Source of the DNA: Podarcis melisellensis
Taxonomy: Eukaryota
Length of the DNA stretch: 64,000 nt
Reading direction: 5' to 3' (one strand)
NCBI GenBank assembly: GCA_964234715.1
Contig: OZ174280.1
Under the pieces are notes generated by a model. It made no database searches and was not told the DNA's origin. It was given only the letters and a program-made list of their open reading frames with translations. A program made the translations under genes and the position numbers. Position 1 is the first letter of the stretch; each line of letters opens with the position of its first letter. This document shows, piece by piece, positions 50,385-62,815 of the stretch.

Positions 50385-50589
50385 GTAAACCACCAGCCAC
50401 ATGCTTGCTGCTGCACAGAGGACTGGGGGCAAGCATTTAGGACCAAAACTTTGCTTTCACTTGCTTTCAGTATGGAAAAGGGATGTAACTTTCTCTGTAA
50501 GTAGGCATATTCCATATAAATCACATCAAGCAGCCACCAATCTTGCCCCCATTCCCATGTTGATGTGTTCTATGAGATATATAGGGTAT

Positions 50590-50946
50590 ACAATCACTCA
50601 TAGCCGATTAAGATTGTATTCCATAAACACAGTTTTAACAAAGAGTCCGTAAGTGACTGTGGAGGCCAATTCTGGATCCACACATCCTTCCACAGTGGGG
50701 ACATTGGTTTCTGGGTGGGAGTTGATCACGGTGTGGATTTGCCAAGCACGCCTTCCTCTTAGCACATTTCTCCCTTGCATCCTGAGTTCGCGTGTCTTCA
50801 AAGCCCATGACACCTTTGGTAAAGGCTGTTCTCCAATTGGAGTGCTTGCAGGCAAGTGTTTCCCAATTGTTGGTGTTTATACTACATTTTTTTAGATTTG
50901 CCTTGAGACAGTCTTTAAACCTCTTTTGTTGACCACCAGCATTATG
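50590..50946 (-). mobile_element. RTE-clade (non-Bov-B) LINE 3' fragment with zinc-finger C-terminus
   Basis: Minus frame 50946 to 50635 is open: GGQQKRFKDCLKANLKKC...WETLA...W...CPHCGRMCGSRIGLHSHLRTLC*. Confidence 0.8.
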
Positions 50947-51693
50947 CTAAGCTTTGACTGGCACAACTAGTATCTACAGCATCTTCTGAAGCCTGTAAAA
51001 GGCTTTAAAAAGGTGAGACAGCTAGATCGGTCAAGACTGATGGAGCCACATCAGAGCACCTTCCAGCCAAGATTTCTCACCATGAGTTAAACCCCACTCT
51101 GGGTTAGTCCCAAAAGGTAGTCATGGTTATACTGTGGCAAAAGAACAGTGCCAGCAAGCATTTGCAAAGGATTACACATGGCCAGTGGCTATCCTCTGGT
51201 TAAAACCCATGCTGTTTTCTGGTCTAACTTTATGGCAGCTTGGATTGGCCTCTCTTTCACCTGATCAATGCGACCTGTGATTCTGTGCTGTTCTTTGTGT
51301 AGTGCAAGGATATCAGAACCAGTGGTTGGATGGGTCGTGAGACGGAGAGCAGAAATCCATTATTCATCCTCCTTTTTATATAGGACATATTTTACTGATG
51401 CACCATGAGAGTAAATTACATTGCTAAAAATTCAGTACTTGGGTTTCCCATACAGTCAGCTTGCTGCTCTCCCACCTGCAGTTTAACTGGCACTTCACTC
51501 CCAATCTACTGTACTAATCTGAGCAAAATGGCCCCTCTTTACATCAGATGCAGGGCTTGGTGCTAGCCAGTTGCCTCTTTTAGAGTGAGGTGGTGAAGGA
51601 GTCGGCTTGCAGGTATTTGCACCATGATGTGATAGAAGTGGTGGTCTCCTTTAGAGGCTTTTTGCTTATCCCATTCTCTTCCTTCTTCCCCAG

Positions 51694-51762
51694 GACCAGT
51701 ATCAGCTGTGCTACAGGGCTGCACTGGAGTACCTTGGCAGCTTCGATCACTATGCAACGTAA
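51694..51762 (+). CDS. PTPRF: Last coding exon ([22 protein letters not shown])
   Basis: ccccAG acceptor; TAA at 51760-51762; canonical LAR-family C-terminus. Confidence 0.96.
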   Translation, partial: DQYQLCYRAALEYLGSFDHYAT

Positions 51763-53246
51763 CTAGCGCTTTCAGCCAGTTGCAGCGGGAATGTCCAAGA
51801 GCAGAGACGGGTTCTTCCCAGCCAGCCGCCCATTTGTTAGTTCTTCTGTGCAGATGCTGCTGCTGTTGTTGCAGCATCAAGCCTCCCCATGACCAACCAG
51901 TTCTGACCACAGTATTTGGGTTCATTGCCACAGCGCCAAAGGTGGGACCAGCTTCTAGCGTTTCCAATTTCCAGATGAATTTCTGTTAATGCCCCCACTC
52001 CTCCACCTCCCCTTGACAGCATTTCATGGTGAGAGTCACTGGGTGGATGGAATGGGATCTTTTATATATGTAAAATAGTTAAACTTAGTCTTTTATATCT
52101 TTTCTTTTTTAAATTCTTTTGCAAGTCTTAATGTTTTGCTCAAGCAAAACAGAAGAATGGAGGTGGTGGGGTTTGAATTTCCTTTTGCTTCCCCCGCCCT
52201 TAACTCTTTTGTTGTCTCAATCAAGGTGGTGCTGCCCATTTTCGGGCAGCCCCAGGTTAATATTAGTGGCTGGCTCACAGCTCTGGGACCCTTCCACTCC
52301 CTCTTCAGTCCTTTGTAGAATATTCAATTTCATAGAGCTGGAGCCAACTTAATGCTTATTTCTAAAGCCTTTTATTCATAAGCCTGTCTGTCAGGTGGGA
52401 CTCCAGCAGCTATTAGATGCTTGGTCCTATTGACATGTGTCCAGTGACCTCATATTTGTCAGCAGATCCCTTATGAACTTTCCATTTGAGGGAGAGACCC
52501 ACTGCTTGGGATTCTCTTGTTAAGATGGGGGGGAAATGTGGCATCCTTGCCGCACAAAAACCAAGTTCCCAAAAGGGACCTGACCGACACATTTATTTAG
52601 TTCTTTCTGTGCCAGTAGCATCCTGAGGTGCTGTTGCCTAGGCAACTGTGGCCAACCAAGTGCATTGGAGCACCTTCCAAGGTGAAAGAGCACAACTCTG
52701 GGAAGTCAAGCCTTCCTGCACAAACAACCCCGGCATGGGGGTGCCTTGGCTATTAGGGAGGGAGGGGTGGGATTCTTCAGGTAAGGAATTCAGTTCTCAG
52801 AGGCTGAGTGTAACTATAATTTCTGCTATCCTGTACCACATTTAAAAGTCATTAGAATGCTGTATTTTTCACTATGACAGGATGGTCTAATTAACCAATG
52901 TGGCAAGGCTACTGGACTTAATTTAATGGTACTATATATTAATACTCCTTATTCTCTCTCACTTGCACTAAAGGCAGGGAGATTACAGCCTTCTCCCAGG
53001 TGCATAGTTCTATAAATAAAGGTGGTGGAAAGGTCTCTAACTATATTATCCAATGTATTCAAATTACATTGAAATCAACAATCCTGGGTTGGTGATGTTG
53101 GAGAGAACATTCATTTTTACCTTGTGAAAGCATAGTGCTGTAGGGGTCACTGTTGTATACAGTCTGTTTTCTATTTGTTAATAAAAATCTACAGCATCAT
53201 TGCATAATTCTTGATGTTAATAAATTTGAATAATCGGGTTTCCTAC
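51763..53246 (+). other. PTPRF: PTPRF 3'UTR (end approximate)
   Basis: Follows the stop; no recognised repeats; ends in AATAAA signals followed by a T/GT-rich stretch (ttcgttttgctgtcttgtttt). Confidence 0.75.
53180..53224 (+). promoter_or_regulatory. Tandem polyadenylation signals (AATAAA at 53180-53185 and 53219-53224; another at 53015-53020)
   Basis: Hexamers read directly; U/GU-rich downstream element at about 53250-53275. Confidence 0.7.
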
Positions 53247-53630
53247 ATGTTCGTTTTGCTGTCTTGTTTTATTTGCCAGTTAGCGGATAAACCTGTAGTT
53301 ACCCTGGCAGGAGCTCCAAAAGACCACAACTCTGTGGGAGTGAATCCTACCTGTCCATGTGTTAGAAAGCAGAACTCAAACAAAATTCTGTGAAAGCGAA
53401 ATGCTCTTGCTTGGCCGCTCACACAGACAAGAAAAAGGAGGAACGGCTGGAACTGTTCGCCTTTCAGTAGAAGAAGGGTGTGCCATGAATCATTTCCACA
53501 TGGACAATTTGGCTGCTGAAACAATAGCACTTACATGATGTATCAATAGAATACGGTGTTCTTGATAGGATACTATGGAAGTGCTGCTGTTTGTAATACA
53601 CTACATGTGTCATATATGGGAATGTTGAGG

Positions 53631-53853
53631 GTGGCACTTGGGTTACAGACGCTTCAGGTTACAGACTCCGCTAACCCAGAAATATTACCTCAGGTTAAGA
53701 ACTTTGCTTCAGGATGAGAACAGAAACTGTGCTCCAGCGGTGCGGCGGCTGCGGGAGGCCCCATTAGCTAAAGCAGTGCTTCAGGTTAAGAACAGTTTCA
53801 GGTTAAGAATGGACCTCCAGAACGAATTAAGTACTTAACCCGAGGTACCACTA
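53631..53853. mobile_element. Tigger-like MITE, copy 1 (left TIR degraded)
   Basis: Highly similar to 55204-55415; internal caggttaagaac repeats; ends cgaggtaccact. Confidence 0.8.
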
Positions 53854-55203
53854 TATATTGATTCCTTCCTAACTGGCGCTAGCAAGTTTCTTCATTTAGT
53901 AGAGTACAGTCCCCCTTTATGCAGCAGAAAACTGGTTGCAGACTCGTGTGAGCCTCTTAAGACAATAAACAATTCAATCTGGCTTGCCCTGGTAAGGCCT
54001 CATTGATCCCTCCTAAAAGAATAAAGGCACCATAGTCTTATTCATAAGTAACAAAAAGTAGTTTTACTCACGATCAGGCAGAGCACAGTGTGATCCCTGA
54101 AGGCAGGCTTTAGGCTTAAAGTTACAAATATGTACAAACAGGTTTACCCCATATGAGAGATAATCTGGGGAGACTGCTGGCTGGCAGCCAGCTAGCAGTA
54201 CTGTCCAGGTGAATCAGGAAGTTTGCAGGATGAAAAAGAAGAGAGAGGGGAGGTGGCTGCATGACTTGGCCTTTTACCAGGTCTGGAAGGTCACGCCCAT
54301 CTACTAGTCACATGCAAGGAAGGATGCTCCAGGCCAAGAGGGAACAGGAAGTTCGACTGACTGGATCAACATCCCCTGCATGACCACTCTAGGCAAAACA
54401 GGCAATGTACTTGACTGCTCCCAGTGGATTACATCCCACATCATACCACCAGTAGCATGAGTTGTTGGCACCCGGGGCCAGCATGCCACCAACACTGCCA
54501 GTGCACCCCTCCACCAAAGCCAAGCAGGGCTGCGCCACCTGCCCACCCACATAGTCATCACCCAAGTGAGCCTCGCTCTTACCTCCCTGCTGCTACCACC
54601 ATCTTCCCCCCCTGCCCCCAGCTAAATTTACAAACCCTTTATTCAAAAAAGAAAATAGGGATTTACTGTCCAAAACATCACTTAACAGCTTGAAAAATCT
54701 GCATTTTGGCCCCATGTTTACATGCTAAACTTTATCCTAATATTGTTCTAGACATGCACACAACCCTATGCACATACTACATTTATGCAAACAGGAGGTA
54801 TTCTCAGAAAGTGTGGGGCAGTAGGAAAAGTTACTGCCGCTCCACACAGCAAGTTGTGTTTCTTTGTTGTAAGGCAGCTACACACAAAACTGCAGCTACA
54901 AAACCCGTGCAAAAGTTTTCAGGGCACAAAAGGGTTTGGATAGGGGAGGTCTTTTCTGCCTTCTCTCCCACAACACTAATACACTGCCTGCCTCTTGCTA
55001 TCAGAGAGAAAGAGAATAGCATCCACGTTGAAAGAAAGGAAACAAACCTTACTTAAATGTTGTTGTTTTTTTGGAAACTATCCACCATGCTAAGTGCAAA
55101 ATTATTCATGGGGTAATACAGGTGCCTGAGAAACAAACTTAACACTTCCTTTCCCTCCAGATTCCACTGCCAAAGATCTGGAAAGCTACATTATGGGCAT
55201 GTA

Positions 55204-55415
55204 CAGTGGTACCTCAGGTTAAAGACGCTTCAGGTTACAGACTCCGCTAACTCAGAAATAGTACCTCGGGTTAAGAACTTTGCTTCAGGATAAGAACAGA
55301 AATTGTGCAGCAGCAGAAGGCCCCATTAGCTAAAGTGGTGCTTCAGGTTAAGAACAGTTTCAGGTTAAGAACGGACCTCCAGAATGAATTAAGTTCTTAA
55401 CCAGAGGTACCACTG
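55204..55415. mobile_element. Tigger-like (TcMar) MITE, copy 2
   Basis: TA|CAGTGGTACCTC...GAGGTACCACTG|TA terminal inverted repeats with TA duplication. Confidence 0.88.
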
Positions 55416-56049
55416 TATGTAAATGCCATGGGTAGTGTTCAATGAAGTTTTACTCAGAGCAGACCTACTGAAATTAATGGACCTAACTTAAGTCATGTTC
55501 ATAAATTTTCATGTGTCTTCTCCAAGTAAAACTTAGTTGAATTACTAAGTAAAGGCAGCTTAAGATGATCATCACCTCCCCTTAGTCAGGATCCTTCATA
55601 CATGCATAAACCCACTTAAAAGATCTGGAAACAGCACAAGAGGCGGGGGCAACAACATGCTTTGCATAGTTTGGGAAGTTTCTAGTAAAACCATGCAAAT
55701 CTCAAGAAAATTAGCCAAGCCACACATAGCTTGACTGATGCTCCCTATAAAGTGGATACATTTTCCTATATAAGCACTGTTTAGAATCAATTATTTTTTT
55801 TTGTATTTGCAAAAGTTGTAGGAAAGCTATGCTAGCATGTTGGAAGTTTTCTTGTTATGTATATTTACAGGCAAAATTCCTGTAGAGAGCAAGCATTTGC
55901 ATTTTCTACTGTTGACCCCCCTCATGAAGGTCAACCACCTTCAATCTGGAATCCTCACTACCTGTTTTCAGCCCTGAAATAAGTCTAATAGTGTGTGTTT
56001 AAGAATCTACAGACTATAGTTTCCTGAATAACCACAGTTAGCCACAACA

Positions 56050-56340
56050 TAGCTCTCCGGTCTTAGCTCCCAGGTCTGTTTCTGGAGCCAATTTATGGCG
56101 CTGCTTTTAACTTCCAAATGCCTAAATGGCTTACAGGGCCTAGGTATCTCAAGGACTACCTGCTGCCAAACAAGCCTGCTCACCCTAAGATCTTCATGAT
56201 GTGCTTTTTTGCACGATTATAAGGTGATCAGGGATATGATTTTTGTTTTGTTTTGCAGCATCTTGCTTTTGGAATCTGCTTCCCGCTGCTATCTCTGTTA
56301 TCTTTTCATTGCCAGGTAAAGGCTTTTTAAAAAAAATCTG
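56050..56340 (+). mobile_element. Degenerate L2 fragment
   Basis: cctaaatggcttacagggcctaggtatctcaaggac (LNGL.GP.YLKD) and ttggaatctgcttccc (WN.LP) remnants. Confidence 0.5.
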
Positions 56341-57018
56341 TCTGGATTTGACTTAGGATATGGGTTTATCTGGCTTAAGTGCTCTTTTGTTTTGCAGTAA
56401 TCATCTGTGTTGTGGTATTTTTATTGCTACTTACAACATTTCAAACTTTTGCAAACTGCTCTGGTAGGCTGTATATACATGGGGAGGGTCTGTGTCCCCA
56501 AAGACATTGTTGAACTTCAGTTCCTTCATCCCTGGCCACTGGCCATGCTGGCAGGAGCTAATGGGAACTAGAAGTTCAGCAACAGTTGGAGTATCACAAG
56601 GCTTCAGTCCTAGTATCGTTCATGTTAACTATTAATCAGTGCTTCTCAGACTCCTACTTCATCAGCTAAACAGGCCCAACATTTCCAGCTTCTCATGTAA
56701 CACAGAATGCATGCAGTTGAGAACTGAGGCTGCATATTGTCTAAATTTTGTTCCAATTTAAAAACAGTCTTTCTTAAACAGAGTGACCCATACTGGACAC
56801 ACTATTTCAGGGAAGGTCTCACCCAAGTACCGTAATCTAAGAATTATAATTTTCCTTCTTTGCTGATGCATCAAATTGGAGACTGCAACTAACATTTTAG
56901 ATGCAAAGGGGGCAGGCAGTTCTGCAAGTAAATCTACTTCCTCTTCTGAAACTAAAAGGGGTGGAGGAATGAGAATGGAAGGTCAGTTTCAAGCTCTTGT
57001 TCCACCCAGTTGCCCATA

Positions 57019-57352
57019 AAAGGTAAAGGTAAAGGTATCCCTGACCAACAGGTCCAGTCGTGACCGACTCTGGGGTTGCGCGCTCATCTCGCTCAAGAGG
57101 CCGGGAGCCGGCGCTTGTCCGAAGACAGCTTCCAGGTCACGTGGCCAGCGTGACTAAGCCGCGGCTGGCAAGCCAGCACCAGCGCAGCACACGGAAACGC
57201 TGTTTACCTTCCCGCTGGAGAGCGGTCCCTATTTATCTACTCACACTTTGAGGTGCTTTCGAACTGCTAGGTGGGCAGGAGCTGGGACTGAGCAACGGGA
57301 GCTCACCTCGTTGCAGGGATTCGAATCGCCGACCTTTCGATCAGCGAGTCCT
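57019..57352 (-). mobile_element. Sauria-type SINE, 5'-truncated
   Basis: (AAAGGT)n tail, i.e. (ACCTTT)n on the minus strand; body gtttaccttcccgc...cctatttatctact...tgctttcgaactgctagg; B-box-like ggattcgaa. Confidence 0.85.
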
Positions 57353-59538
57353 GTTTGCTCTGATGTTTGAAAAACAAAATTCTCTAGCCTTCCTACACAC
57401 GGCTTCATTTTCAGTAAAATGTAGCATAAGTCCCATAGCCACGATACAAGCAATGTGAACTAGCAAGAGCTATTTTATGGTGCATATTGTTTCTTATATA
57501 ACTGGGTGGGGAATAAGGAATATCTTAATTAATATTTAATTTCTAAATAAAAGATATGGAGTCAATCTTCTGAAAATCATGTTTAGGCCTTCTTACATGA
57601 AAGCTCTTTCCTTGTCCATAGATGTGCAAAGAATACTTGACAGGGGGGTGGGGCTAGAGATTATGAGACCGTGACATTCTGCACATGTGTAATGGCACAT
57701 GTTCCTAAATAACACCCTTCAACTGTCCTGATTTAAGTGAGACATTCCATTTTGGGGGGGCCGTGCTCTCATGAGAGTCACATGGCCCTAAAAAAACAAC
57801 CACATTTTGGGGGTGGGGCGCTTTTACTCAAGTCACCTGGCTCTCACAAGATCGCGGCCCTGAAATATGTGTGTTCCAGTTTTCCTCTGGGGCATGTTGG
57901 AGGGTATGAAATAAGTGCTGTACAAGACCTATTGTGATGAAAACAGCAGGGTTAGGAATTGCAGCTCTACCAAGTCAAAATTTTACCTGTCATCACTGCT
58001 ATTTGAACAGGTAGACACAAAAATGAAGTCTCAGTAGCCTGCTGCCAACACCTCTACCAGGCTTTAGTTCAAGATCACTTAGTGGCCACAGAACAAAGAC
58101 ATATTCAGCTTTCCTTTTTTGGGAGTGTCTCTTAACTTACTACTTCTAAACAATGCAAGAGGGAGGAGATGTCTTTAGACCAGCAGTGCTGTGTTGCCTT
58201 GGCCGTCAGCTATTCATAGGCCTGTACCTGATGGGAGCTTATACATATTATTTTAAAACAGGCATGGGGAACCTGTAGCCCTTCAAATATCCAACACCCA
58301 TGAGCCCAAAAAGCAAGACCAGGGATGATGGGAACAGTAGTCCAGAACAGTGGAGGACTTTGAGCTTTAAAACTGTGACATCAAAATTTGGTGTCCCCTC
58401 CCACCTCTCGGCTTCTGTTATTTGTCAGTATTGAGGTGCCTTCTTGGCTAGACGCCCAATGCAGCCAAACCAGTTGGACTCCTCTAAATCTGCCTCTGTC
58501 CAAAAACACCTGGAGGATGACAAGTCCCCCATCCCTGAATTAAAATTAAAAAGTAAAGGGGAAACAACAATGTTACTTGAAGGGAGAAATACATGAAGAC
58601 ATCAGCCAGCAGGAGCAGTATCTTCTAGTGGCTTTGGGTAATTAACCAGTCTTTAGCCTGCTCAAGAAAGGCAGGTCTTTCCTTCCACTATAATCTTTTC
58701 TGGCATTCAAACTCAGTTTAGCCCACATGTAAACTGATTTGCTGGATGGATTTGAGTTCTGAATGCGTTAGCTTTTCAGTTTGCAAACTGAAAACACACA
58801 ACCTTTCCTCTGTAGGACTATTCACCCACCTCTACCTATGCACCCTATGCACCAGTGATGTTGGAGGACATTTTGAGGAAATCAAAATTTAAAAAGGCTT
58901 GACAGAGCCAGCAAGTGAAGATCAGTGAGAAGGCTGCAGAATAAGGGGACAGTTTTAAATAAAAGCTCAGGTGGCCTTTATGTGAAATTCAGATCCATAA
59001 CCCCAAGAAAATATGGAGGAAAGGGTGGGAACATTCTGATACTGTAGATCATAATCAAGAATGGCTTTTAGATGATACATGCTAAAGTTTGTGGCACATG
59101 GGGAAGTGCTATAATGATTCATCAGGAATTGAGAATAGCAGTGTCCCCTCATTAACTATCAGGCATGGACTCAATTGCCTTTAGTTGCCAGAGCAACCAA
59201 AAGGAACAGAAGAAGTCAAGCTGCTCCAATTAAAGGCAATTTAATGTCCCTACTCAGTACACTCATTGTGTAATAATATGTGCAGTCAAGGCATCTCATC
59301 AACAAAACTTAGCAAATAGCTGCTTAGGGCAACATCATCCACTCAAGCAAGGGACAAAGCTCCACTAAGACTGGAGAGAAACAGCATCTGGCTCAGGTTG
59401 TCAGTATCCAATTTCCAGCCAAAAATGCAAAATGAGCTGCATTTGTGCATTTTAGCTGTTATTTATGTCACCTTAGTTTGCATTGCAGAAAGAGTAGGAA
59501 GGAAAAGAGACAGTAGTGAGGAACACTGCTCACTGTTT

Positions 59539-59830
59539 CATAAGAACCTAAGATCTCTGCAAGATTAGACCAAAAGTCTATCCAGTCCAGCACCCTGTTT
59601 CTTCCAACAGATGCCAGCCAAGAGTCTCCAGAAAGCCCACAAGCAAAGCACAAAGATTTAACCTGCTGTATGCTTCCAGCAACTTATACAAAGGGCTGGC
59701 ACGCTTCCAAAAATGGATTAACATTTTGTTGTTCTAACTATTCATAGAGCTTTTAAACTAGGACTATCTAATATCCATCCAAAATCATCTTAAGGGCCAG
59801 ACTAAATGCAGTACCATTTACAATATTAGC
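59539..59830 (-). mobile_element. Old CR1-type 3' fragment
   Basis: cataagaacctaaga...gaccaaaagtctatccagtccagcaccctgttt. Confidence 0.45.
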
Positions 59831-61794
59831 AGATGTGTTTATACAGTATTTTTAAAGAATAAATAACAGGCCGCCTGCCAGGACGGTTCCAATCCAGATC
59901 ATGGTCTTGATCTGCTATTTGTATTGGAATAAAGCCCCCATTCACACGTATCATTTCAGAAACCTGGCTCAATAAATCACGGGTGACAATAGTACAATTC
60001 CTTCTCCCTCTTCAGCACCAGTCTCTTAAATTTGAATCAGTACAGCCTCATGCTATCTCCTCCTCCACTGCCATCACTAACCTCTGACCTTTTTCCTTCC
60101 CTCTGTGCAACTTAAATGTTCAGTATAGCATTTAAAAAACATGCCTCTTGTGCTGTACATCTGTTGTAGTAATAATTGTGTGGCAATTCAGAAGCTGAGA
60201 GTCTGCATCCGCCCACTCTCCATCTCATTAAGTATGGGGGGGGGTTTTACGCTTTCTCTAACCCAGGACCAGGATGGGGGACCATTGTCGATTGTCCTTC
60301 AGGTGTAGATATGCTGCAGTCAAGTAGACTATTAAGACTGCACAGCCTGACCCATGATATTTGCCCATGAAATACAAGGAGTCTTGCATGACTTGAGCTG
60401 TATGCCCTAGCTCATCCCTCTCTGCAGCGTGCTCACTACTGACTATTATGAGAACCCACACGGTATGCATTGCTTCAGATGGTTCCCTATAGGTGACTAA
60501 ATTCAAAAGCCACAGGGAGCAGAACAAGGAAAAAGCAGCACTTACCTTGCAAACCTCAGCTTCAGAACTCCTGCTGTATCAAGCAAAGGTCTACTGTTGT
60601 GCCTTAGCTAATTTATACCAATTGGATACACCTGCTGGGGCTGCAGTGAAACAAGAAGCAATGTTATTGCAGGTGGAAAAGCAGCTGCCTTAGTCTCAGC
60701 AGGATTCTAGAAGACAGTGCTTTAGCTACTGCTTGTGTTATCAAAAGTCACCACCCAATATTCAATAGGTTTCTCTCTATTTAGCAACCTTATTTTTATG
60801 ACCACCCATCAACATACATTCACTGTACAGCTTACAGAATGAAGAATACAATATTAATATGTAATGTGATTAAAGTGAAACAATTAAAACAGTTAAATGC
60901 AGCCTTTGAAAAACCTATTAGCAGCCTTAAAAAAAACCTATCGTTTGCAGCTGCAGCAAAGCCAGCAAGTGGAAGTGTGAGCAGGTTCAAACCCCTAGCT
61001 AAGCATTATCAGTTCTCTCTTCCAGTTTAGCTCATGCACTGAGAGACTAGTTATTAGTGAGCATGATTTGTATATGCAAAGTGGCACTGTTCTGAAATTA
61101 TTCCAAACCACCTCACTGAAAAGCCACCTCCTGGTATGGAAAATTGGATGTGGTGCCTTTCTGTTTAGCTGTTCTACTGTTACATTTACACATAGATGTA
61201 CTATTAGTTCCAAAAGCAAAACCTAATAACTGACAGTGCAATCATATGTTTATTCAATAGAGCTGATTCCTTGGTAAATGTGCAGAAGACTGCAGCTTGG
61301 ATGATTTTGTTAAGAGAGCAAGCATCTGAAAATTGTGAGTTTATTGGTACAGCTCACTCAGTTAAATAATTAATCATATGTTTTGTCAGCTCATCTATTA
61401 TATTTGTATATGAGTAAAAACAATAGTTCTGAAGCAAACCCACCTACTTTTTTAGATGTATTACATCATTTTAAAAGAGACATTCTCTCCCTTCAGACTG
61501 AAAGCAGAAAATGTGCCCTAAGATTATGCTTGCCATCTACTGTTTTCAATAACTACACGTATGTGTGTTTGTGTGTTTGTGTATTAATTTAATTCTGTTT
61601 AATTAATCACCCATTTCACCTAACTATTCCTTTGTCCTTTTCAAACTCTCCCTTGCACACAGACCACCTCACACTGCATCCTCCTCTCTCCTATTCCACA
61701 GCTTCCCTTGCACACACACCCAGTGATGATGTCTGTTACTGTATCTTTAATATTTATAGAATCTTAAGAGCAAGCCTGTCCATTAGCTTGTTCT

Positions 61795-62185
61795 GAGCTC
61801 ATACAAGCATCCCAGAGCTGGTGTACTGAGCAGGCCTTGCCCCGCAAGAAAGTCAGAGAGCTTAAGAGCTCGTTATACACAGGTTCCACTTGGGTTACCT
61901 GGCGCATAAAGAGCTTTTGAGCTCTCTGCCTTGCTTGTGAGGAAAGGACATCTGTGCAATGCTTGTGTGAGTTCGCACGCGAACTCAGATGGCTCTAGGA
62001 TACTCATGCAAGATCTCACAGGTCCATCTGAATTCCTATGAGCTCTTGTAAGCACATCCCAAAGCAGGCACGCTGAAAAGGCCTTGCCACCCAAGCAAGG
62101 CAGAGAGTTTAAAAACTCTTTATCCACCAAGTAACCTTAAGTGGACCTGGTGCAAAGAGAGCTTTTGAGGTCTCTAGCTTGCTTG
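61795..62185. repeat. Nested degenerate palindrome (two foldback units in inverted orientation)
   Basis: Arms 61845-61877 and 61905-61937 pair; 61878-61937 is the inverted match of 62092-62152; direct-repeat offset about 247 bp. Confidence 0.7.
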
Positions 62186-62815
62186 AATTTAACTTGTGCA
62201 ATTTCAACCAGCCTGCCTTCAACTGCATATAGCTGAAATTGCACAAAGTAAATGTGCCTAAGATGCAATTTTACTGTATTTGCAGATTGAGATCAGACAA
62301 CCCTATTGAACAGAGTTGACCATTTATTAGCTGCAGGCTGTCCAATGTGCAGGGACAGACAAGGTTTTCCTATCAACTATGCACACTAGGTATCCTCCAA
62401 CACTACATTTCTACCCATCTGTAAAGCTAAGTTAACCATGACCTACTTCAAAGAACTGCTGTGAAGATATATGGGATAACTATTATAAATTATTTGCCAT
62501 ACTAGACATATGATAATGTTTATCTACAGTTGGGACCTGCAACAAAACTGTAGTGTGGAGTGCATCTGTCTGGATTCTAGTCAACCCCTCTCCAGTTTTC
62601 CATTTATTAAAAAATCTCAGGAAATTATACTTCTGTGGCCCCTGAGCTCTCCCCCCTTCTTACAGGGGGATTTACTCATTTAAAAAAAATATCTCTGAAA
62701 ACCTTGTGTTTTCTCTGAGCCTGCTGATACTTCCCTCCTGTGTGTGGATGGTGCTGTTCTGGCTACATAAGAGTCTATACTGAGTTTGACATTAGAATAT
62801 ACTAGGATACCAGAC

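Noticed and set aside
51760-51840. Stop followed by CTAG (readthrough-like context) with a short open extension
   Set aside because: The CUAG readthrough motif acts mainly with UGA; here the stop is UAA and I have no conservation evidence
57290-57352. tRNA-like B-box (ggattcgaa)
   Set aside because: Part of the tRNA-derived head of the Sauria-type SINE, not a tRNA gene
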